DNA of 32,000 nucleotides from Candidatus Iainarchaeum sp. GTDB lineage: Archaea > Iainarchaeota > Iainarchaeia > Iainarchaeales > 0-14-0-20-34-12. Shown here piece by piece: positions 8,702 to 14,061 of this stretch (positions within the stretch are counted from its first letter, which is position 1; the number at the start of each line of letters is the position of its first letter). The position numbers and the translations under genes were made by a program. Below the pieces are notes generated by a model. It was not told where the DNA came from, did no database searches, and saw only the letters and a list, made by a program, of their open reading frames with translations. The DNA is taken from contig JAUSKK010000038.1 of NCBI GenBank assembly GCA_030649345.1, forward strand, positions 30,001 through 62,000, given 5' to 3'.

Positions 8702-9439
8702 TTATTTAACTCTTGTATGTCTTCTGCTAATGGGGATCACAGGCGCATAGGCTCTAGGTTTGAGTTCTTGCCGGTTTGCTCGTCCTATTAATTCTTGGGA
8801 GGATACACCCAGCAATGTTGCAATTTCAATGGCTTCAATTCCTTTGTTTGCTTGATTTAATTCAATTGCGATTTCTTTGGCTCGTGCAAAATATTTGCTT
8901 TCGGATCTCCCTTTTCCCAATTCAGCATAGGTTACGGCCAGTTCTTTTTTCAAAATTGTTTTGTATTCAGTTTCAGGCATTGCATCAATGGCTTTTCTTA
9001 AACGTTTAGTCATTAATCCGAATTCGTTTATTAATTCCCGGTAAGCTGTGTGTTGTTCAAGAGAATGAACTTCAGCAATTCGTTCCAATCCTTTAATGGC
9101 TTTCATTTGAATTCGAGCAAAACTCAATATTGTTTTAGCTGAAGCAGTTTTGTCTATTTTTTGAATTTCTTGTTTTTTTAAAAAATTTTCAAAAACGCGT
9201 TTTATTTTGTCTAAGGACCCTGCTTCACCGAAATGTTCTGCGGCTTTTTCAAAATTTTTGCCAGCCAATTGCCGTTCTCCTAATTGAATCAATTCAAGTG
9301 AACGTTGTTTGTGTTTGCGTACTTTTTTTGCCTTGGCCAAACGTTCTTTTGCATTAGTCCATTTAGTTTGAACTTGTTTCCATTTTTCTTTAGTCCAAAC
9401 TTTTACGATTCGTGAAGTAGGAATTCGATAGGATTTCAT
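8702..9439 (-). CDS. orphan Lys/Arg-rich helical protein with C-terminal HTH-like segment and basic C-terminal tail
   Basis: 245-aa ORF. It has the HTH-like stretch 'GIEAIEIATLLGVSSQELIGRAN' and ends 'PRAYAPVIPISRRHTRVK'. It shares the motif 'HFGEAGSLDKIKRVF' with ORF 5471-6328. Confidence 0.6.
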   Translation of the reverse strand: MKSYRIPTSRIVKVWTKEKWKQVQTKWTNAKERLAKAKKVRKHKQRSLELIQLGERQLAGKNFEKAAEHFGEAGSLDKIKRVFENFLKKQEIQKIDKTASAKTILSFARIQMKAIKGLERIAEVHSLEQHTAYRELINEFGLMTKRLRKAIDAMPETEYKTILKKELAVTYAELGKGRSESKYFARAKEIAIELNQANKGIEAIEIATLLGVSSQELIGRANRQELKPRAYAPVIPISRRHTRVK

Positions 9440-9458
9440 ATAGTAAACCTTGTTTTTG

Positions 9459-9470
9459 TATTTAAAAATA
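9459..9470. promoter_or_regulatory. single central A/T box in a 51-nt divergent intergenic region (ORF 8702-9439 and purN)
   Basis: 'tatttaaaaata' is centred about 25.5 nt from the start at 9439 and about 26.5 nt from the purN ATG at 9491. Confidence 0.45.
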
Positions 9471-9490
9471 CTTTCTTTTTTAGTTAGTTT

Positions 9491-10123
9491 ATGAAATTGC
9501 CTGTTTTACGTTTAGCTGTTTTGGGAAGCACAAAAGGCACAGATTTAGACGCAGTTATTCAAGCAATTAAATCTAACCAATTAAATGCAAGTATTGAATT
9601 TGTTTTATCCGATAAATCGGATGCGTTTATTTTAACTCGAGCTAAAAATCATGGATTGAAAACTATTTTTTTGGATTTTAAAAATAAAACCAGAGAACAA
9701 TTTTGTCAAGAATTAATGGACTTATTGGATTCAAGCAAAATTGATTTGATTGTATTGATTGGGTTTATGCGAATTTTAACTTCAGATTATGTTGAAAAAT
9801 TTGGTTTGAAAACTATGAATATTCATCCTTCGCTGCTGCCTGCATTTGCCGGTGGAATGGACAAAAATGTGCATCAAGCAGTCTTGGATTCAGGAATAAA
9901 AGAAACTGGCTGTACTTTGCATTTTGTTTCCGAGCAAGCAGATCAAGGTCCGATTATTTTGCAAAAAAAAGTTTCAGTGAGTGCAGGAGAAACTGTTGAT
10001 AGTTTAAAAGAAAAAGTTCAGCAAGCAGAACAAGTAATTATTGTGCAAGGAATTCGATTGTTTTCTGAAAGAAAGATAAAGCTTGTGAATACTAAAGTAG
10101 TTATCGAGGAATACTTGTGTTGA
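9491..10123 (+). CDS. purN: phosphoribosylglycinamide formyltransferase (GAR transformylase)
   Basis: 210 aa with 'LAVLGSTKGTDL', 'IDLIVLIGFMRIL', 'NIHPSLLPAFAG' and 'TGCTLHFVSEQADQGPIILQ'. Canonical PurN motifs. Confidence 0.92.
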   Translation: MKLPVLRLAVLGSTKGTDLDAVIQAIKSNQLNASIEFVLSDKSDAFILTRAKNHGLKTIFLDFKNKTREQFCQELMDLLDSSKIDLIVLIGFMRILTSDYVEKFGLKTMNIHPSLLPAFAGGMDKNVHQAVLDSGIKETGCTLHFVSEQADQGPIILQKKVSVSAGETVDSLKEKVQQAEQVIIVQGIRLFSERKIKLVNTKVVIEEYLC

Positions 10124-10674
10124 AACGAAAATTGTTTAAAGTTAGACCAATCGCAGTTCAGTCTGCGCGGCATAATACTCGCAGGCTTGGTTTAAATCCA
10201 AAATTGCGAGGCAACAGCCGGGGTACTTTAAGTTTTGATGAAGCTATTTTACGAGATATTTCATTGCGCCGCTTGGCTACTGCTGGTCAGCATTCTCTTT
10301 CTGGTTTAGTGAATCAATTTGGTTTAACTGCCGGCGGAGTATTATCTCGAATAGAATTAAGCCAGCGAACTGAACTATTGCGTGCTACTGCTAGACTTGA
10401 AAAAATAAGTGTTCCTAAATTAGCCAAATTATTTCGATTATCGCCTAAACATGTACGAGAACTTCTGAATCCAAGTACTGCTAAAAAAAATAGTAAAAAG
10501 AAATCTGCTAACCTTAATGGGCGTCATAATTTTAAAGGCCGGATTGTCCGAGCATTTTTGAATGATTTGCATTCAGGAAATTTTTCAGATGCTGAGTTGA
10601 TGACAAAATACGAAAATGCAGGCTTGACTTCCAATAAATTTGAAGAACTAACTGGGAGGCGTGTTAATTTATGA
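10117..10674 (+). CDS. orphan basic-tail HTH-like protein embedded between purN and purH
   Basis: 185-aa ORF. It has no ATG near the start, so it begins at GTG 10117 (or TTG 10120), preceded by 'gagga' at 10106-10110. It overlaps the purN stop by 7 nt and the purH ATG by 4 nt (ATGA). N-terminus is 'MLKRKLFKVRPIAVQSARHNTRRLG'. HTH-like segments are 'SLSGLVNQFGLTAGGVLSRI' and 'VPKLAKLFRLSPKHVRELL'. Confidence 0.65.
   Translation: MLKRKLFKVRPIAVQSARHNTRRLGLNPKLRGNSRGTLSFDEAILRDISLRRLATAGQHSLSGLVNQFGLTAGGVLSRIELSQRTELLRATARLEKISVPKLAKLFRLSPKHVRELLNPSTAKKNSKKKSANLNGRHNFKGRIVRAFLNDLHSGNFSDAELMTKYENAGLTSNKFEELTGRRVNL
10654..10659 (+). promoter_or_regulatory. Shine-Dalgarno-like site for purH
   Basis: 'gggagg' lies 11 nt upstream of the purH ATG (10671), inside the preceding ORF. 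Confidence 0.5.
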
Positions 10675-12161
10675 CTCAAAAATTAGCCTTAATTTCAGTT
10701 ACTGATAAAACCGGTTTGCCTGAATTATGCCAAGCTTTGCAAAAACAAAATTTTTCTTTTATCGGAACTACAGGCACTCAAAAATTTTTAGAAGAGAATA
10801 AACTTGTATGTAACGCTTTAGATTCATTAACTGGTTTTCCTGAATTATTGGATGGCCGGGTTAAAACTTTGAATGAAAAAATTCATGCAGGAATTTTAGC
10901 CAATCGTTCAAATCCAAAACATTTAGAGCAGTTAAAAAAAATGAATATTTTGCCCATTGATTGTGTGATTGTAAATTTATACGACTTCAAAAACAATCCA
11001 GATATTGAGCATATTGATATTGGCGGAATTACTTTAATGCGGGCTGCGGCTAAAAATTTTGAACACGTGCTTGTATTGGTAGACCCTCAAGATTATTCTA
11101 AAGTTATTCAAGAATTAACTGAAAAAAAAGAAGTTTCATTTGAAATTCGAAAAAATCTTGCTTGGAAAGCATTTGCTTTAGCAACAGAATACGATTCTTT
11201 GATTGCAGGCCATTTTTCAAATCAATTATTTCCTGAAAAACTTTCAATTACTTTGTCTAAAAAAATGGATTTACGTTACGGAGAAAATGCACATCAAAAA
11301 GCTGCCTTTTATTCTTGGAATGAACAAGTGTTTCCAGCAATTGAAGTCTTGGGCGGAAAACCATTATCTTTCAATAATATTTCGGATATGAGTGCTGCTA
11401 TTTTGTTAGCGTGTGAATTTTCTGAGCCAACAGCTGTTATTGTCAAGCATGAAAATCCATGCGGTGTGTCTTCTCATATAAATTTAGCTCAGGCCTTTCA
11501 GCAAGCATTGGATTGTGATTCTTTAAGTGCTTTTGGCGGAGTAATTGCATTAAATCAAAAATGTGATTTTGAAACAGCTCAAAAAATTGCTGGTTTTTTT
11601 AATGAAGTAGTGATTGCTCCAGAATTTGAAGAAAAAGCAATTCAAGAATTGAAAAAAAATCCAAACAGACGAATTGTTTGCTTGAAATCTAAACCAGTTT
11701 ATCCTGTAAGAAGTTTTAAACCAGTGTTTAATGGCTTGTTGGTTCAAGAACCAGATTCAGTACAAGAACTTGAACAAGATTTTTCAGTAGCCAGTGAAAT
11801 TCAACCCAGTAAAGCGCAACTGATTGATTTAATGTTTGCTTGGAAGATTGCCAAACATTGCAAAAGCAATGCGATTGTGATTGCTAAAAACAAAACTGCT
11901 TTTGGAATTGGCTGCGGCCAGCAATCACGGGTTCATTCAACTCAAATTGCTATTCAAAAAGCAGGCAATCATGTTCAAGATTCTGTTTTGGCTGGAGATG
12001 CATTTTTTCCTTTTCCGGATTCAGTTGAACTTGCAATAACTGCTGGCGTACAAGCAATCATTGCTCCGAAAGGCAGTGTGAATGATTCCAAAGTTATAAA
12101 TACTTGCAATGAACATAAGATTTCTTTAGTGTTTGCTCAGAATAGGCATTTTAAACACTAA
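10671..12161 (+). CDS. purH: bifunctional AICAR transformylase / IMP cyclohydrolase
   Basis: 496 aa. N-terminal MGS-like domain 'ALISVTDKTGL...GTTGTQKFL...GRVKTLNEKIHAGIL', then the AICARFT domain 'LRYGENAHQ', 'SFNNISD', 'VKHENPCG'. Confidence 0.93.
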   Translation: MTQKLALISVTDKTGLPELCQALQKQNFSFIGTTGTQKFLEENKLVCNALDSLTGFPELLDGRVKTLNEKIHAGILANRSNPKHLEQLKKMNILPIDCVIVNLYDFKNNPDIEHIDIGGITLMRAAAKNFEHVLVLVDPQDYSKVIQELTEKKEVSFEIRKNLAWKAFALATEYDSLIAGHFSNQLFPEKLSITLSKKMDLRYGENAHQKAAFYSWNEQVFPAIEVLGGKPLSFNNISDMSAAILLACEFSEPTAVIVKHENPCGVSSHINLAQAFQQALDCDSLSAFGGVIALNQKCDFETAQKIAGFFNEVVIAPEFEEKAIQELKKNPNRRIVCLKSKPVYPVRSFKPVFNGLLVQEPDSVQELEQDFSVASEIQPSKAQLIDLMFAWKIAKHCKSNAIVIAKNKTAFGIGCGQQSRVHSTQIAIQKAGNHVQDSVLAGDAFFPFPDSVELAITAGVQAIIAPKGSVNDSKVINTCNEHKISLVFAQNRHFKH

Positions 12162-12173
12162 GAGTTTATATGT

Positions 12174-13043
12174 ATGCAGCGAAGACAGGTTCCTTTTAGA
12201 ACACGAAGATTTATTGTGCGTGCGCTTCGAGCAGCTAAAAATACGCCCATGTGGAAAATTGCAGATCACGCTCAAGTCTCTGAATCTTTGGTTGGAAAAA
12301 TTCGGGCACAAACTCATGCAAGGCCTACACGAGTTCGATTATTGCGAAATCGGAGAACTGTTTTAGAACAAAAAATTAGAGCTGTTATTGCAAAAAATGG
12401 TCCTCAGACAGCTCATGGTTTAGTTAAACAATTTCGTTCAGCCAATCCTGCAATTTCGTATAAGGTTGTGAACGATATTTTGTTAAAATTGGAACAAGAA
12501 CAAGTGCAAGTTCCTCCAAGGCAAAGAAAACGTGAATTGAGTAAACGGAATAAAAATCCCAATACTTGGGCTAGACGAAAAGCATTAATTATTGGTTTGC
12601 GTCAAGGAAAAACTTTTCAAGAACTAGCGCGTGACTTGAGGGTGAACATAAAATATTTGTACCGTGATTTGTATGATATGCATGCACATGGATTATCCAT
12701 TCCTTCAACTGTTCCTTTGACTGCAAGAAGACAACGTATGATTGAAATTGATGCTTTGCTGGATTTGAATCCCAATATTTCTGCAAAATCTCTTGCTGAC
12801 TTATATGGTGTCAAAAAAAGAACTGCTCAATCGTATTTGAATGAAGCTTTACGTTTTCAAAAAGAGCTCAAAAAATTACGAAAACCTGCTAAAAGTAATT
12901 ATACTCGGGCTGAAATCGAACAACAAAACATTGATCTCTTGAATTTATTTAAGGAAAAGTTTACTATTGAAGAAGCTGCTTTTTTGGTTGGCATTCCGGT
13001 TTCAACTGCGCGTTCTCGCTCTCGAGTGATTCGAAAAAAATAA
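12174..13043 (+). CDS. orphan Arg-rich protein built from about five HTH-like modules
   Basis: 289-aa ORF starting 12 nt after the purH stop. N-terminus is 'MQRRQVPFRTRRFIVRALR'. Repeated modules include 'TPMWKIADHAQVSESLVGKIR', 'KTFQELARDLRVNIKYLYRDL', 'SAKSLADLYGVKKRTAQSYLNEAL' and 'FTIEEAAFLVGIPVSTARSRS'. Confidence 0.65.
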   Translation: MQRRQVPFRTRRFIVRALRAAKNTPMWKIADHAQVSESLVGKIRAQTHARPTRVRLLRNRRTVLEQKIRAVIAKNGPQTAHGLVKQFRSANPAISYKVVNDILLKLEQEQVQVPPRQRKRELSKRNKNPNTWARRKALIIGLRQGKTFQELARDLRVNIKYLYRDLYDMHAHGLSIPSTVPLTARRQRMIEIDALLDLNPNISAKSLADLYGVKKRTAQSYLNEALRFQKELKKLRKPAKSNYTRAEIEQQNIDLLNLFKEKFTIEEAAFLVGIPVSTARSRSRVIRKK

Positions 13044-13056
13044 TTAACAGCTTAAT

Positions 13057-13620
13057 TTATTCAATCATTCTTTTTTCAGTGATAATTTTTTGAACTTTTT
13101 GGTCGTGTTTTTCTTTCGGAAGTTTTTGCACAATTTGAAAATCAAAACACAAGCCAATGGTTTTCGTTTTTTTGTTCAATTTTTTTAGAGTGCGGTCATA
13201 GAAGCCTTTTCCAAAGCCTAATCTTTGTTTGAATACATCAAATCCAAGCCCTGGAATAATTAATAGATCTATTTTGTTCAAACGAACTTTCCGTATAAAT
13301 TCTTTTTTGGGTTCCATTAATTGAAATTGTTTTTCTTCCAGTTCTTTAAAATTTTTAATTGTACTGAACTGAAGTGTTTTTGTTTTAAAGTTAGTAATAG
13401 GAATGCATACTGTTTTTCCAAGCTTTAGTGTTTTTTCAATCCCTTTTTTGGTTTCAACTTCGTTGGTTCGTCCCACAAAAAATGCAATGATTTTGGCTTG
13501 TTGAAATTCATGTGTTTTGAAAAGTTTTTCCATAATTTTTGTGCTTTTTTTGAGTTTTTGTTTTTCGTGCTCAATTTTTTGTTTCATTTTTTTCCGAATT
13601 GTTGGTTTGGATTCTTTCAC
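13057..13620 (-). CDS. 5-formyltetrahydrofolate cyclo-ligase (MTHFS family)
   Basis: 187 aa with 'IRKKMKQKIEHEKQKL...STKIMEKLF', 'IIAFFVGRTNEVET', 'IDLLIIPGLGFDVFKQRLGFGKGFYDR' and 'LPKEKHDQKV'. It starts with GTG at 13620. An ATG alternative at 13587 would remove the conserved N-terminal helix. Confidence 0.85.
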   Translation of the reverse strand: MKESKPTIRKKMKQKIEHEKQKLKKSTKIMEKLFKTHEFQQAKIIAFFVGRTNEVETKKGIEKTLKLGKTVCIPITNFKTKTLQFSTIKNFKELEEKQFQLMEPKKEFIRKVRLNKIDLLIIPGLGFDVFKQRLGFGKGFYDRTLKKLNKKTKTIGLCFDFQIVQKLPKEKHDQKVQKIITEKRMIE

Positions 13621-13642
13621 AATATTCTTTTGGGTTAGAAAA

Positions 13643-13652
13643 CCTTAAATAC
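13643..13652. promoter_or_regulatory. single central A/T box in a 53-nt divergent intergenic region (MTHFS gene and ORF 13674-14018)
   Basis: 'ccttaaatac' is centred about 27.5 nt from 13620 and about 26.5 nt from the ATG at 13674. Confidence 0.45.
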
Positions 13653-13673
13653 TTCTTTGAATTCATTTGATTT

Positions 13674-14018
13674 ATGCATCCTGTGAAACCCAAGCCTGCT
13701 CGCAGAGTTAGATTGCCTCGAAAAGTTTTAAGGCCTAAACCAGTTGCATTAACTCCTGAATTGCGTTCAAGTGTTTTGGCTGGACTTGAACAAGCAGTTG
13801 ATTTGCATGGATTGCTTCAAAGAACTCGTTTGCCTTCGAATGTTGTTCGCGTTGTGATTGCTGAACAGATTTCTAGTTTAACTGCTGAAAAACAAAAATT
13901 AAATGACGCTTTGGGTAAAGTTTCTTTAGGTTCTGTTGAATTGCATGGAATTATTCGAAAAATGGGTGACTTGAATTCTAGATTAATGCATTTAGAGCGA
14001 TTGCTGGATTCACAGTAA
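13674..14018 (+). CDS. small orphan protein with basic Pro/Arg tail and HTH-like core
   Basis: 114-aa ORF opening 'MHPVKPKPARRVRLPRKVLRPKPVALTPE', followed by 'DLHGLLQRTRLPSNVVRVVIAEQI' and a coiled-coil-like C-terminus. Confidence 0.6.
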   Translation: MHPVKPKPARRVRLPRKVLRPKPVALTPELRSSVLAGLEQAVDLHGLLQRTRLPSNVVRVVIAEQISSLTAEKQKLNDALGKVSLGSVELHGIIRKMGDLNSRLMHLERLLDSQ

Positions 14019-14030
14019 TCCAAGCGAAAG

Positions 14031-14040
14031 AATTTAATAA
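14031..14040 (+). promoter_or_regulatory. TATA-like box for the surface-protein gene
   Basis: 'aatttaataa' is centred about 26.5 nt upstream of the ATG at 14062. Confidence 0.4.
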
Positions 14041-14061
14041 TTGAATTCTCTTAATCAGTAC

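Noticed and set aside
11203-12366. ORFs 11203-11391(+), 11550-11747(-), 12126-12317(-) and 12133-12366(+) around purH and ORF 12174
   Set aside because: They are out-of-frame or antisense overlaps with purH and the 289-aa multi-HTH ORF. They are short, with shadow-like composition.
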